Origin: a virus
Taxonomy: Duplodnaviria; Caudoviricetes
Strand: one strand, 5' to 3'
IMG/VR virus record: IMGVR_UViG_3300044477_000163
Coordinates: 1 to 27,434 of that record
Length of the DNA: 27,434 bases
Position numbers and translations under genes: made by a program. Of this stretch, positions 7,907 through 17,208 are shown one piece after another. How positions within the stretch are numbered: position 1 is the first letter of the stretch; each line of letters begins with the position of its first letter. Below the pieces are notes generated by a model, which worked only from the letters and a program-made list of their open reading frames with translations, did not search any database and had not been told where the DNA came from.

Positions 7907-8145
7907 AAAAAACTCATATACACCTTTTGTATGGTTGGATAGTCGGATTCATCCAATTCACGAATTACATCGGGCGATACTTCGCAGAGATTTGCGAATA
8001 GCAAAATTTCTTTCTCTTCGTCCGATTTGTCTTTCATATTAGCGACCGCAAGACGGTCTTTGACACGGGAACGCCGCATGGTTAGTTCCTTGTAAGAAAC
8101 ACCGTCAATTATGACGGGATATTTTAGTTTTATTGTGTTGTTCAT
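7873..8145 (-). CDS. Tail assembly chaperone (P2 gpE / FluMu gp41-like)
   Basis: IKLKYPV...ELTMRRSRVKD...LFANLCE...ELDESDY; between tube and tape measure; slippery T TTT TTC at 7912-7906. Confidence 0.9.
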   Translation of the reverse strand: MNNTIKLKYPVIIDGVSYKELTMRRSRVKDRLAVANMKDKSDEEKEILLFANLCEVSPDVIRELDESDYPTIQKVYMSFFGSAETSAEKL

Positions 8146-8146
8146 G

Positions 8147-8644
8147 TTATATCCCCAATGCTGCGCGCACCTCAGCGAGTTTATCTTCCCCATTTATCAC
8201 ACGGGTCATATTATCAATATCAATTTCAATCAGTTTTCTGCCACCGATTTCAAGTGAGTAATAACGACACGAAACCGTACACTGCATTACGGCCTTGTCG
8301 CCCGCTTTGAACTTACCCATATCAATTTCACGGAACATACCCTGTGCACGAATTACCATCGGTGTAGTTGTTGTATCATCAACCAATGCACCTCGTAACG
8401 TGATTGCGACAGAATTTCCAGACACAACTCCAAACTGGGTCAAGATCTCAGGATCGTATTCCACGAGTGAAAACGATGCCTCTATCTTATCCATCCCCAT
8501 ATCAATCTCTGCCGGTGCATCCATACCACCTGCTCGAAGTTCCTCGGTCTTGATGGTTAGTTTTGGTGGTGTGACTTCCTCGGCACGTCCAGCATAGCCA
8601 CGCCCATCCACAAATAAGTTAAAGTTTTTAAGTATTTTTGGCAT
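8147..8644 (-). CDS. Major tail tube protein (P2 FII-like)
   Basis: PKILKNFNLFVDGRGYAG, PPKLTIKTEELRAGGMD, IEIDIDNM. Confidence 0.95.
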   Translation of the reverse strand: MPKILKNFNLFVDGRGYAGRAEEVTPPKLTIKTEELRAGGMDAPAEIDMGMDKIEASFSLVEYDPEILTQFGVVSGNSVAITLRGALVDDTTTTPMVIRAQGMFREIDMGKFKAGDKAVMQCTVSCRYYSLEIGGRKLIEIDIDNMTRVINGEDKLAEVRAALGI

Positions 8645-8656
8645 TTGCATTCCCCT

Positions 8657-9859
8657 TTATTCAAAGATTTCATTTAAGTAATTGTTGACCATGCGACTAC
8701 GGAACGTGATATGTTCTGCCGGGTATGGCGGTGTGAAGTCGAAATCAAATATAATTTTTCCTAACTGGATATTTTCGGGAGTGTTCAACGAAGAATCCGC
8801 CCAACACGTACCACCAATAATCGCCCCTATATTTTTCAGATATCTCATGTAATTGTTCACACCCTCAATTACATCTTCAACATAGGTTCTGGTTATATTA
8901 CGATCAACCGCCCACATATGTGCCCGTGCCAAGGAATCATTTATTAAATCTGCTGTACGGCGAACTGACAAGAATTGCCACTTAGTATTACTTGCAGTAG
9001 TGCGGTTACCCCATAGACGGAATCCGTCCTGTTGGATAATGGTTGCAATTTTCTTTTCATTCAAGAAATTCGCAATACAAGTAGAATCGCCCATTGCGAA
9101 ATCAATAGGTTTTGATAGTCCTACAATACCGTTGATTTCACGGTTGGACGGAGACCACCAAAATCCACGCTCATTGTCGCTGTTTGCGATCAACCCAGCA
9201 ATGCGTGCGGATAAAGGCTCTTCTATAGTTTTGTTATTTTTGAAAACTTTCGCCCACGGATATACACAGTACACGCGATCTGAATTGATGTTTTCAACAA
9301 ATGCCAGTGCAACCTCCTTGGTTTCATTTGGACAATCGGCTATTACGGTTGCTCGCATGCGTTCAGCAATGTTTTTCAATTCACCGACCAAGAGGCTTTC
9401 ATTACTGGAGGTTTCGTGTGTGAATCCAGGAGCAATAAGAATACGTGGTGTGACCTTGCATTCAGTTTGTGCCGCCAAAAGGCATTTTGCCCCTCGGTAC
9501 GTACCATCAGGATTCGTGCCACCTACCACATCGGATAAGGTGATTTTTGATACATCAAATTTATAATCTTCGTCTTGAAAATCTTCGTTTTCAGGATCTG
9601 CCACATTCACGACCACAACCATTGCCCCAGTTTGGTCAAAGATTGCGGACAGTGCCGCGGGGATTGTGTATCCATCGGTATCTTCGCCAAATACTTCAAT
9701 TGCCTCGGATCGCGATCCTAATATAAGCGTTGGGGTATTCACAGGGCCTTTGGGCGCTGTACCCACAAGTCCTATTACGGATGACGCCGTGGTTTGTATC
9801 GGGCGAGCACCACCGTCTAATTCAATGACCTCGACCCCGTGCAGGAAACTATCTGCCAT
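8657..9859 (-). CDS. Tail sheath protein (P2 FI-like)
   Basis: FLHGVEVIE, PRILIAPGF, GFWWSPSN, GFRLWGNRT, FDFTPPYPAEHITF. Confidence 0.96.
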   Translation of the reverse strand: MADSFLHGVEVIELDGGARPIQTTASSVIGLVGTAPKGPVNTPTLILGSRSEAIEVFGEDTDGYTIPAALSAIFDQTGAMVVVVNVADPENEDFQDEDYKFDVSKITLSDVVGGTNPDGTYRGAKCLLAAQTECKVTPRILIAPGFTHETSSNESLLVGELKNIAERMRATVIADCPNETKEVALAFVENINSDRVYCVYPWAKVFKNNKTIEEPLSARIAGLIANSDNERGFWWSPSNREINGIVGLSKPIDFAMGDSTCIANFLNEKKIATIIQQDGFRLWGNRTTASNTKWQFLSVRRTADLINDSLARAHMWAVDRNITRTYVEDVIEGVNNYMRYLKNIGAIIGGTCWADSSLNTPENIQLGKIIFDFDFTPPYPAEHITFRSRMVNNYLNEIFE

Positions 9860-9885
9860 TTTTTACTCCTTTTTAGTTTGTTGAA

Positions 9886-10416
9886 TTAAATGAGTCCATG
9901 TTGTCTTAATATGTCTTCGATATCAGAGATCAAAGCCAACGTCCCTGCTTTGGCAGGAATTTCAATATCTGCACCGTTATTTATCTTTTTTGTAAAAGTA
10001 TTTGCCCACTGGATATTGTTATATCCAAGTGTTAGAGTTTTGTTCAAAGGAACTATTCCAATTGAAGCAATTATTGAGATAATATCCTGTGAGTTATATC
10101 GGAAATAAAATTGTGTACTGACCGTAGATATTCCTAATTTCCAAATATATTCCGTATTTGTTTCAGCAAATTTACCTTTTAATACGATTGGAAAAATTGA
10201 ACCAATCGGCGTTGATGGCGGAAATTTTATTTCCAACCCCCCAGTCATAGCATCGCCTGATTTTGATATTTTATCGGTAAGAGCAACAGTGGTTATTTCA
10301 GATAAATTTTCAAGTGATTCAGCACTTGCTTTCTTTTCTAATTCTTTCGATATTTCGCCGGCAAAGGCTGCTTGATTTTCTCGATTCCATGCCAAAAATG
10401 GTCGTTTGTTTTTCAT
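9886..10416 (-). CDS. Short tail-fibre / receptor-binding-like protein
   Basis: Likely start MKNKRP (10416); fibre motif KISKSGDAMTGGL and C-terminal IPAKAGTLALISD. Confidence 0.6.
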   Translation of the reverse strand: MKNKRPFLAWNRENQAAFAGEISKELEKKASAESLENLSEITTVALTDKISKSGDAMTGGLEIKFPPSTPIGSIFPIVLKGKFAETNTEYIWKLGISTVSTQFYFRYNSQDIISIIASIGIVPLNKTLTLGYNNIQWANTFTKKINNGADIEIPAKAGTLALISDIEDILRQHGLI

Positions 10417-10430
10417 GCATATTCTTTTTG

Positions 10431-11204
10431 TTACAGCATTACAATCCGTACATATCCAGATGAACCAACCATGTTCATCATTGTCGTATTGTTCCATCCA
10501 TGGTCACCAGATTTACCCTCGCTGGTATTATTAGACCAGTTACTATTGATGCGTCCGGTCGCCGTGCGCATCGTTCCTGTTGATGTACTTTGTCCAGACA
10601 CGCAAGCATTTGGATTATTTATAAGTGTTTCTTGCAACGCACTTCCTGACAGAATATTCGTTCCAATCACGCCGACATTACGATTGCAACCACTACTGGA
10701 AGTTGAACTTATGTTCGCCGCTGTTCCACCACCAGCACTTGCTGTCAAATTTGCAAACCCTGTTATCGTTGTTGCGCCACCCGTTGTACCTGTCGCGGAA
10801 CTTCCTGCACCAGCAAAAGTGAAAGAATTGGTCGTGCCACCAGTTCCAACAACAATCTGTATGTTGGCCGATGTTGCAAGATTTGCTATAAACTGCAATG
10901 TTCCACCGACACCACCCTGAGCGTAGTGATGGTTATTTACCGCTGTGCTTCGTGCACCCGCGCCACCACCGCCACCACCAATAAGCGTTATTTCATATCT
11001 GCCTGCCGCAAGATCTAGAGTATGTGTTCCAGCATCGGCGTTTTCGTAAATTAGGACAGGATCACCAGAATAAAACAATTTCGCAAATCCGTTGATACCG
11101 ATATATCCTTTTTTGATTTTTTTTGCGATCCCATTAACCCCTAAATAAATCTTACCGACTTTCTTCGATATATTATTGATCCCAATGAGGGTGTTTTTTG
11201 CCAT
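10431..11204 (-). CDS. Glycine-rich tail fibre-associated protein
   Basis: N-terminal repeated (K)IYLGVNGIAKK strands, then LIGGGGGGAG...IVVGTGG...GYVRI Gly-rich domain; directly after the fibre gene. Confidence 0.75.
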   Translation of the reverse strand: MAKNTLIGINNISKKVGKIYLGVNGIAKKIKKGYIGINGFAKLFYSGDPVLIYENADAGTHTLDLAAGRYEITLIGGGGGGAGARSTAVNNHHYAQGGVGGTLQFIANLATSANIQIVVGTGGTTNSFTFAGAGSSATGTTGGATTITGFANLTASAGGGTAANISSTSSSGCNRNVGVIGTNILSGSALQETLINNPNACVSGQSTSTGTMRTATGRINSNWSNNTSEGKSGDHGWNNTTMMNMVGSSGYVRIVML

Positions 11205-11215
11205 TTCAAATTCCT

Positions 11216-12187
11216 CTATTCATATACCAGTAAGACGCAACCTGTTGTTAATTCACTTTCCACCCCTGGATCTACAGTTTGTGCTTTGATATTACGGACA
11301 TTGAAAGCGACTGTTGGATCCTCATTGTGTGCGGATAACGCACCAGACATCGCGTCACCGGTCTTTGCGACTTTCCCAGCAAGAGATTCAGTTATTGATG
11401 TTGTTAATTCCTCAACTGATTCAGAAGTAGCCTTTTCTCCCAACAGGTTTGATATTGTTGTTTCAAATGCCTCAAATGTTTCGGAATTCACCTTGTCAGC
11501 CAACATGGTCATTATTGTGTCTGAAAAATTTGGATCATCGCCTAATGCTGCAGCCAATTCCTGCAATGTATCTAATACCCCGGGAGCGGAATTTATCAAT
11601 GCCGCAATCGCCATTTGAACGAATGCAGTATTTGCAATCTGTTCGGTATTTGTGCCGACCTCGGCGGTCGGAGTGGTCGGAATACCAAAAAGTCCCGGAG
11701 ATTCCAAATCCGCCTTATCGTTGAATTTTTTCTGACCAGCAAAGGTCAAATTGTCCAGGTTGGTGTTCGCCGCGCCATCAACTATCCCCATATTATATAT
11801 TACAATTGCATCGGTATTCACGACTGCAATAATCATACGTACGCCCAACTCTTTGACAGAACCCTCGTCACTAATTGGTTTGTATGTTGCTGGGTACTTA
11901 CCCACGGCGAACAAATCCCCATCAGAATCAATGATTCCAATTTCACGTACCCAAAAACCACCTATGTTGCCAAGTATTATTGCCTCGGCAATAATTTGAT
12001 TATTTACAACAGCAACTTTAATTAGTTCGCATCGGTGTTTTTCACTTCCTAATTCAGTTTGGTCTTCGTTCGGAGAATTAGTGCTGTTGCCAAATACCAT
12101 GTGGGTCAGACGTATTGTTTCGTCGTTGGCAAGTGCAGCAACCTTTGCCAATCCTTTGGCGGTCAAAATTGAATAGAATTCGCTCAT
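11216..12187 (-). CDS. Tail fibre protein (P2 gpH-like baseplate-binding N-terminus)
   Basis: FYSILTAKG, GGFWVREIGI, YPATYKP, PTTPTA..GTNTEQIANTAFV, APGVLDTLQELAAALGDDPNF. Confidence 0.9.
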   Translation of the reverse strand: MSEFYSILTAKGLAKVAALANDETIRLTHMVFGNSTNSPNEDQTELGSEKHRCELIKVAVVNNQIIAEAIILGNIGGFWVREIGIIDSDGDLFAVGKYPATYKPISDEGSVKELGVRMIIAVVNTDAIVIYNMGIVDGAANTNLDNLTFAGQKKFNDKADLESPGLFGIPTTPTAEVGTNTEQIANTAFVQMAIAALINSAPGVLDTLQELAAALGDDPNFSDTIMTMLADKVNSETFEAFETTISNLLGEKATSESVEELTTSITESLAGKVAKTGDAMSGALSAHNEDPTVAFNVRNIKAQTVDPGVESELTTGCVLLVYE

Positions 12188-12723
12188 CATTCCCTCGGGT
12201 ATATCGTTGTGTAATCTGTATGTCCGAAAACGACCGCCACTTTGGGACGATTGTTTTCGGTGCTTATCTGTGGCAGGAACTTTTCAAGATGTGATCGCAG
12301 ATTCTTTGTCTGCATAATAGTTGTGAACACTAATCCCATTTCTGCAAGCGAATGCCCGTCCTCAAACAGTTGGGCATACACCCTAAATGTAAACGGAGGG
12401 CCGCCGTATTCGAACCATTCTTCGACCAGAATATTTGCGAATCCGAATGCGATCAACGCTCGTTTCAGCGCACCAATCGTGCCTTTTAATTTATGCACTT
12501 GCACGGATTGCCGTATCACGGAGCGCTTTGTTGCAACAGGCCAATTATTATTCCACACATCCACCGACATGGCCCAGGCAAGCCACGGTAGAATATGCTC
12601 GGGGCACAGGTTGGGATTATTCAGATATCGCAATGGATTATTTTGCAAAATAAAATGCCGCATGGTAGCGGCATCCTCGAAATCACGGAGTAGCGGTGAA
12701 GCGTTAGGTGGTAGTATCGTCAT
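12187..12723 (-). CDS. Tail protein I (P2 gpI-like)
   Basis: LPPNASPL, CPEHILPWLAWAMSVDVW, HKLKGTIGA, EWFEYGGPPFTF, KNLRSHL. Confidence 0.93.
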   Translation of the reverse strand: MTILPPNASPLLRDFEDAATMRHFILQNNPLRYLNNPNLCPEHILPWLAWAMSVDVWNNNWPVATKRSVIRQSVQVHKLKGTIGALKRALIAFGFANILVEEWFEYGGPPFTFRVYAQLFEDGHSLAEMGLVFTTIMQTKNLRSHLEKFLPQISTENNRPKVAVVFGHTDYTTIYPRE

Positions 12724-13612
12724 TTGCAATTATGAATTCTATGTTTATGGCGGTGCAGTTTGGAGCTTGCCGTTTTGTTGTTTCTATATCCTGTGCCGGA
12801 CTAGTTAATTCGACTTTACGCACACCCTCGGCATGCAATGCGTCAAAGATTCCAGATCGTGCGACTGTGTTACCTATCTTGTTGCACTTTGCAACATAGG
12901 CATCCAAACTAGAACGACATTCGTCTTCGGTAATCGTCATACTCGGGCCGAAATACAAATACACCCTTGCGTTAACCTCGTATTCTATAATCTCGGCATT
13001 TTCCACTAATACCAAGTCAGTTAATGGTCGTTTGTCCTCACTACTGACATATTCTAAAACGATATCGGTTAGTTCAGGTAAGTTTTCATCCTCTTCTTCA
13101 TCTTTTTCAACAGGAAGTACACTGATAAGAATTTTTCCTGGTTCGGGACTGGATACACTTGCAGATTTAACGTCAGGCGATGCTGATAGTGCATGAAATA
13201 GATACGCTTTTTCAGATCCTGCTGTAGTTAGCGATTCCAACGCCAACTGTGCGCGAAATCGCAGACGGTCATCTTGTTCACCATCCAATCTCTGCACACC
13301 ATAGAACGCCGCCACATTGTCTAAATCCGTGCCTGTGGCATATGCAAGCATCGTTGCTTTTGCCGCCTCGTTAATCCGTTGTCGAAGCAATACTTCACGG
13401 TATGCCGCACATTCAAGTGCGATCATCACAGGGTCGGATTCCAAGAGTGCCGTGTACGCAGGATTACGGGTGCAAAAATCTGAAATCAGTGAGTCCAGCA
13501 CATCTCCGAAAGACAGTTCCTCAATTATCTTTGGCGGTGGTAACGCTGACAGGTCAATGTGGTCGGGTGTCATAAACTGTTTGATATCATCAAAGTTCAG
13601 AGCATCAGACAT
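12704..13612 (-). CDS. Baseplate assembly protein J
   Basis: IDLSALPPPKIIE, LESDP, AYREVLLRQRINEAA, TTAGSEKAYLFHA, RPLTDLV. Confidence 0.95.
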   Translation of the reverse strand: MSDALNFDDIKQFMTPDHIDLSALPPPKIIEELSFGDVLDSLISDFCTRNPAYTALLESDPVMIALECAAYREVLLRQRINEAAKATMLAYATGTDLDNVAAFYGVQRLDGEQDDRLRFRAQLALESLTTAGSEKAYLFHALSASPDVKSASVSSPEPGKILISVLPVEKDEEEDENLPELTDIVLEYVSSEDKRPLTDLVLVENAEIIEYEVNARVYLYFGPSMTITEDECRSSLDAYVAKCNKIGNTVARSGIFDALHAEGVRKVELTSPAQDIETTKRQAPNCTAINIEFIIANDDTTT

Positions 13613-13940
13613 TGATTTTTTCCATTGTTATTGTTTCGCCCGTAGGCAGGTATGTGCCGGTCAAGTCAAGAACGATATGTCCGCCGTTCACGGACACTAC
13701 GGTTACGTTTGATACCTCGAACCGTGGCTCGTAATTGAATAATGCCTCAACTACGTCGCTATAAATCTCGGCAATCAATTCACCGGTTATTGGTGCATCA
13801 ATACGTTGAAACAGACGCGACCCATAATCCCGCCGCATTACCCGACTGCCAATCGGTGTGGTCAGAATATCTGCGATGCTTTGGCGCAAATGAGCCACCC
13901 CCGACAGCGCCGCGCCGGTTATTTTATTCATTCCGTTCAT
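13605..13940 (-). CDS. Baseplate wedge protein W (GPW/gp25 family)
   Basis: HLRQSIADILTTPIGSRVMRRDYGS, EPR. Confidence 0.95.
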   Translation of the reverse strand: MNGMNKITGAALSGVAHLRQSIADILTTPIGSRVMRRDYGSRLFQRIDAPITGELIAEIYSDVVEALFNYEPRFEVSNVTVVSVNGGHIVLDLTGTYLPTGETITMEKINV

Positions 13941-13955
13941 GATTGATTTTTCCGT

Positions 13956-13980
13956 ATAAAAACCTTGCTATTGCGAGGTT
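13956..13980 (-). terminator. Weak putative terminator closing the two-gene moron
   Basis: AACCTCGC-AATA-GCAAGGTT-TTTAT on the minus strand (one mismatch), 3 nt after the stop at 13984. Confidence 0.45.
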
Positions 13981-13983
13981 GTG

Positions 13984-14622
13984 TCACTGCCCTAATTTTT
14001 TTGGAAATATTTCCATAAGTTTTTCTTTTGCTTTTTGGATCTCTTCCCGTTGGGTTTCGTGATTCTTTATCATCTGACTATTATGTGTATTTTTTTCAGT
14101 TTCGGGCAAAGCATTTATTTCTTCAATTTTTGGAATCAGATGTAAATCTGATTTCCACAATGCAAGCATTTTCTCAGAGATTACATCGATCTGTTCTTTT
14201 ATATTGGGAAAAATTAAATTTGATTGTATTTTTATCTCTTCAAAATTGGATCTGATTTTTGATAATTCTTTAAACCTTTCAAATGCTTTATTAACGTCAG
14301 AGATGGAACCATCTACCCCAATTGATTCTAAAATAAAAGCGTCTATAATTTTCATTATATCAGAATACATATTGATGCGATGTGGGTACAGTGCATCATT
14401 TTTTCGTAAAAGCCTTTCTCTAATAGCAACCCACAAAGATACAGCTAATGCTATAATTGCGATTGATATTCCAACATAATCTGTGCCAGCATTTACTCGT
14501 ATAGGATTATCTTTAGAATTTTGTATTATAATTTCTCTTGTATTATTTGACGTTTGATTATCAATTGCTTTTACAATATCGCCTGTGTTTAAATTTATTT
14601 TTATTTGTGGTGTATCTTTCAT
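13984..14622 (-). CDS. Hypothetical single-TM helical protein (moron gene 2, 212 aa)
   Basis: ATG 14622 with GAGG RBS, 1 nt after the upstream stop; TM YVGISIAIIALAVSLWVAI; AT-rich. Confidence 0.75.
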   Translation of the reverse strand: MKDTPQIKINLNTGDIVKAIDNQTSNNTREIIIQNSKDNPIRVNAGTDYVGISIAIIALAVSLWVAIRERLLRKNDALYPHRINMYSDIMKIIDAFILESIGVDGSISDVNKAFERFKELSKIRSNFEEIKIQSNLIFPNIKEQIDVISEKMLALWKSDLHLIPKIEEINALPETEKNTHNSQMIKNHETQREEIQKAKEKLMEIFPKKLGQ

Positions 14623-14623
14623 C

Positions 14624-14923
14624 TCAATACCTCGCTGTGAAAAGCATTTCACTGGCTTCGTCGTTTTTAGCGCTTAGATATCCATCATTTGTGACCTTGG
14701 TTTTCTTTTTCATATTCACGACCGATACCTTGCTGGATTTGCTTTTCAATTCTTTTTCAATCTCTGCCTGCAATGCGGCTGCATTTAATCGATTTGACAA
14801 TACCAACCATTCATTTTCGGTAATTTGCACCCAATCCATAAGGGCTTTTATCAGTGCTTCTACATTTGGGCGATATTGTTCGTCCAATGCATGCAATTCG
14901 TAAGATATTTTTATCTTGTTCAT
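14624..14923 (-). CDS. Small protein resembling the Cas2/VapD-like ferredoxin fold (moron gene 1, 99 aa)
   Basis: Pattern IKISYEL...Y..VEALIKAL..W.QITENEWLV...AAALQAEI...SKVSVV (beta-alpha-beta-beta-alpha-beta). The fold assignment is by eye. Confidence 0.55.
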   Translation of the reverse strand: MNKIKISYELHALDEQYRPNVEALIKALMDWVQITENEWLVLSNRLNAAALQAEIEKELKSKSSKVSVVNMKKKTKVTNDGYLSAKNDEASEMLFTARY

Positions 14924-14930
14924 CTTACAG

Positions 14931-14959
14931 ATTATCGGAAAATACAGCCAAAAAATCAA
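14931..14959 (-). promoter_or_regulatory. Sigma70 promoter of the moron, probably giving a leaderless mRNA
   Basis: TTGATT (14959-14954), 17-bp spacer, GATAAT (14936-14931), then 7 nt to ATG 14923 with no SD. Confidence 0.6.
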
Positions 14960-14964
14960 GGAGT

Positions 14965-15510
14965 TTAACTAGGCTTTTGAGTTGCACCGGATTGTGGCGT
15001 CGCACCTTGTCCCGCTCCCACATACTGGAATGGATGTGAATGCGTTGATAATTCTACGCCTTTGCCAATTACTTCCCCGGATGCAACGATATCACCTCCA
15101 GAGTTCATATTTGCATCTGCATTGATATTTGACTCTGTGCTAATATCTTTTTCAACATGAAGAGATCCTGTCATAATCTTTGATCCTGTTTGTTCAATAT
15201 CCGCCACGATTACAACCTTTTTTTCATCCTTACTCGGGGCGGGTTTTGTGGACTGGTACAATGCTGGAAGAATGACCGCCATGCCTAAATCCCCATTTGG
15301 GGACAACACGACCACCTGTTCACCGTTTTTTAACGGGAACCAAGTCGCAGTACTTGGTACAAGCCACGGCAGGAAGGCAGTAGTGTTTTTTCCGATCTGT
15401 ACACGAGCACGAGCGGATGTATAATCTACCTCGGCAACTTTGCCGATCCGTATCAGATTATTCACACGGCGAAATAATTCCGCAATATCACGACCGTTTT
15501 CAATGCTCAT
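14965..15510 (-). CDS. Baseplate assembly / spike protein V
   Basis: RRVNNLIRIGKVAEVD, LPWL, GEQVVVLSPNGD, C-terminal LSTHSH metal-binding tip. Confidence 0.93.
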   Translation of the reverse strand: MSIENGRDIAELFRRVNNLIRIGKVAEVDYTSARARVQIGKNTTAFLPWLVPSTATWFPLKNGEQVVVLSPNGDLGMAVILPALYQSTKPAPSKDEKKVVIVADIEQTGSKIMTGSLHVEKDISTESNINADANMNSGGDIVASGEVIGKGVELSTHSHPFQYVGAGQGATPQSGATQKPS

Positions 15511-15928
15511 TTTTCGTATCCGTAATGTATGTGATGCTGAACGCCAGTCTCACCGCACCATATGATTTATTACCCTCTATAGACATATCCATATCTGTTC
15601 CTTTAAAACGCATGATAGCGGACTTATGATCCGGAATCTCCCAACCATCAAGGGAAGATTCAATCGCGGCTGCATGTGTGTCCAATTTATCATCCAAATC
15701 TGCTGACCCTAGATCTACTGCCTCAACCATTAAATCCAATTCACGTGTCAATGAACCGAACCCATCCGTATCCCAACGTTCCTGTTTTATATCTTCGGAC
15801 GTTGTGTACACAAGCACGGCAGGCAGATCTTGGTCGAATAATGGTTTAGCTCGACTTGCAAAAACATTTTGGAATGTTTCACACAGACGCGCCGCTATTG
15901 CATCACGAATTTGTTTTCTATGGCTCAT
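15500..15928 (-). CDS. Tail terminator / completion protein (lambda gpU-like)
   Basis: HRKQIRDAI, LPAVLVYT, LDDKLD...IE, acidic; position between head-tail joining gene and V. Confidence 0.7.
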   Translation of the reverse strand: MSHRKQIRDAIAARLCETFQNVFASRAKPLFDQDLPAVLVYTTSEDIKQERWDTDGFGSLTRELDLMVEAVDLGSADLDDKLDTHAAAIESSLDGWEIPDHKSAIMRFKGTDMDMSIEGNKSYGAVRLAFSITYITDTKNEH

Positions 15929-16244
15929 GAAGTATCAACTTTTTACTACCTGGTATGTGTGATTCAATGTCTATGATTTGCCACTCTTTGCCGTCAATCA
16001 TCACGTAATCGCCAGCCAAAGATTCAGGATAATTTCTTGGAAAGTCCGCATCACGAACAAACACAACCGTCTTCGCGGAAGATATATCAGCACCGGCATT
16101 CACAAGATTTATGTCCATGTACGAAATATGAAAATCACCAGACAATGTAAATGACGAAAAATTTATGTTCTTTGGGCGGTATAAAATTTGCCGCCCAAAG
16201 ATTGCGTGCGCAGGCTCATTCACAAACTTGTCAAAATCGAACAT
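15918..16244 (-). CDS. Head-tail joining protein (lambda gpFII-like)
   Basis: ATG 16244 overlaps the capsid TAA; GDYVMIDGKEWQIIDIE...KLIL beta-barrel-like C-terminus. Confidence 0.7.
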   Translation of the reverse strand: MFDFDKFVNEPAHAIFGRQILYRPKNINFSSFTLSGDFHISYMDINLVNAGADISSAKTVVFVRDADFPRNYPESLAGDYVMIDGKEWQIIDIESHIPGSKKLILHEP

Positions 16245-17206
16245 TAAGCACCTGTCTTTGTGATTGTGACCTGAGTCGCATGCTGCCAATATCCATAACC
16301 AACGTTCCGCCAGGTATCGACACCATACTGATGCGCGTCATGATCAAACTCATATTCGCTACCCTCTGCTTTCGCCTTGACCTGAACAGATTCCTCTTCT
16401 TGACGTATGAATGCTTTCACATCGCCGTCTGCACGAAATACATAGAACGTATCCTCGTCTTTCAAACGGACATTTGATGCAATAGCAATATCCATATTTG
16501 CTAAGATCTTGACAGGATTCGTTGCACCACCAACGGTCAGCGGGGCAGCAATCGCCGCCTGTGCAACATAAAACAGATTTACAGGAACCATGACTACGAA
16601 CTTTGTTGTATTTTCATTCATCGGCTCGCCGATATCGTCCTTGAATCCAATTATCTGTTGTATGCCAGATAGTATTGCAGCGCGCATTGCTGCCTCAGTT
16701 GGGGCGACTGGAACACCGACTTCGCCATTTATTGCGGCGTTGGTCAGATTGAACGATATTTTGTTTGACTGAACCCCCGACTTTCCCTCTTTATGAGTTT
16801 CCGAAAAGAAAGGTTTGCCGTCATAACATGATGTTGCATCCCCTTTGGCAATCAATTCAGACAGCAACAGGCCCCAGTGTGATTTAGTTTTCTGAGCAAG
16901 TTCTCCGATGCGGACTTTTATCTGCCCAGTTTTATCACGGCGTAAATGTTTGACAGGAATATCAATTGTTGCCTCAAAATGTTTGTTTGCAATAGTGATA
17001 CCATTGGATGTGAATCCTTTGGCGTGCCGTCCACCTACCCATTCTCTCATTACAGGGGACTGACCAATCCATCGGTATTCCTCTGTGTCTTGGTCACTCG
17101 AAAAATAATTAGAAATAGCGTTGATCCATTCCATACCATCGCTTTCGTTCAAGCGCTGGTAAAACATGCCAATTACGGCACGTGAAGTCAGCTGATTTAA
17201 AGACAT
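16244..17206 (-). CDS. Major capsid protein (Mu gpT-like family)
   Basis: EEYRWIGQSPVMREWVGGR, NKHFEATI, CYDGKPFFSETH, YGVDTWRNVGYGYWQ. Confidence 0.9.
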   Translation of the reverse strand: MSLNQLTSRAVIGMFYQRLNESDGMEWINAISNYFSSDQDTEEYRWIGQSPVMREWVGGRHAKGFTSNGITIANKHFEATIDIPVKHLRRDKTGQIKVRIGELAQKTKSHWGLLLSELIAKGDATSCYDGKPFFSETHKEGKSGVQSNKISFNLTNAAINGEVGVPVAPTEAAMRAAILSGIQQIIGFKDDIGEPMNENTTKFVVMVPVNLFYVAQAAIAAPLTVGGATNPVKILANMDIAIASNVRLKDEDTFYVFRADGDVKAFIRQEEESVQVKAKAEGSEYEFDHDAHQYGVDTWRNVGYGYWQHATQVTITKTGA

Positions 17207-17208
17207 GA

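Noticed and set aside
10417-10497. 27-aa N-terminal extension with CxxC on ORF 9886..10497
   Set aside because: It overlaps the upstream gene out of frame; ATG 10416 just after that gene's stop is more plausible.
9886-12190. Diversity-generating retroelement or invertible fibre cassette
   Set aside because: No reverse transcriptase, invertase, near-identical template/variable repeat pair or flanking inverted repeats are visible in the window.
14624-14923. CRISPR-Cas locus suggested by the Cas2-like ORF
   Set aside because: No repeat-spacer array or other cas genes in the window.
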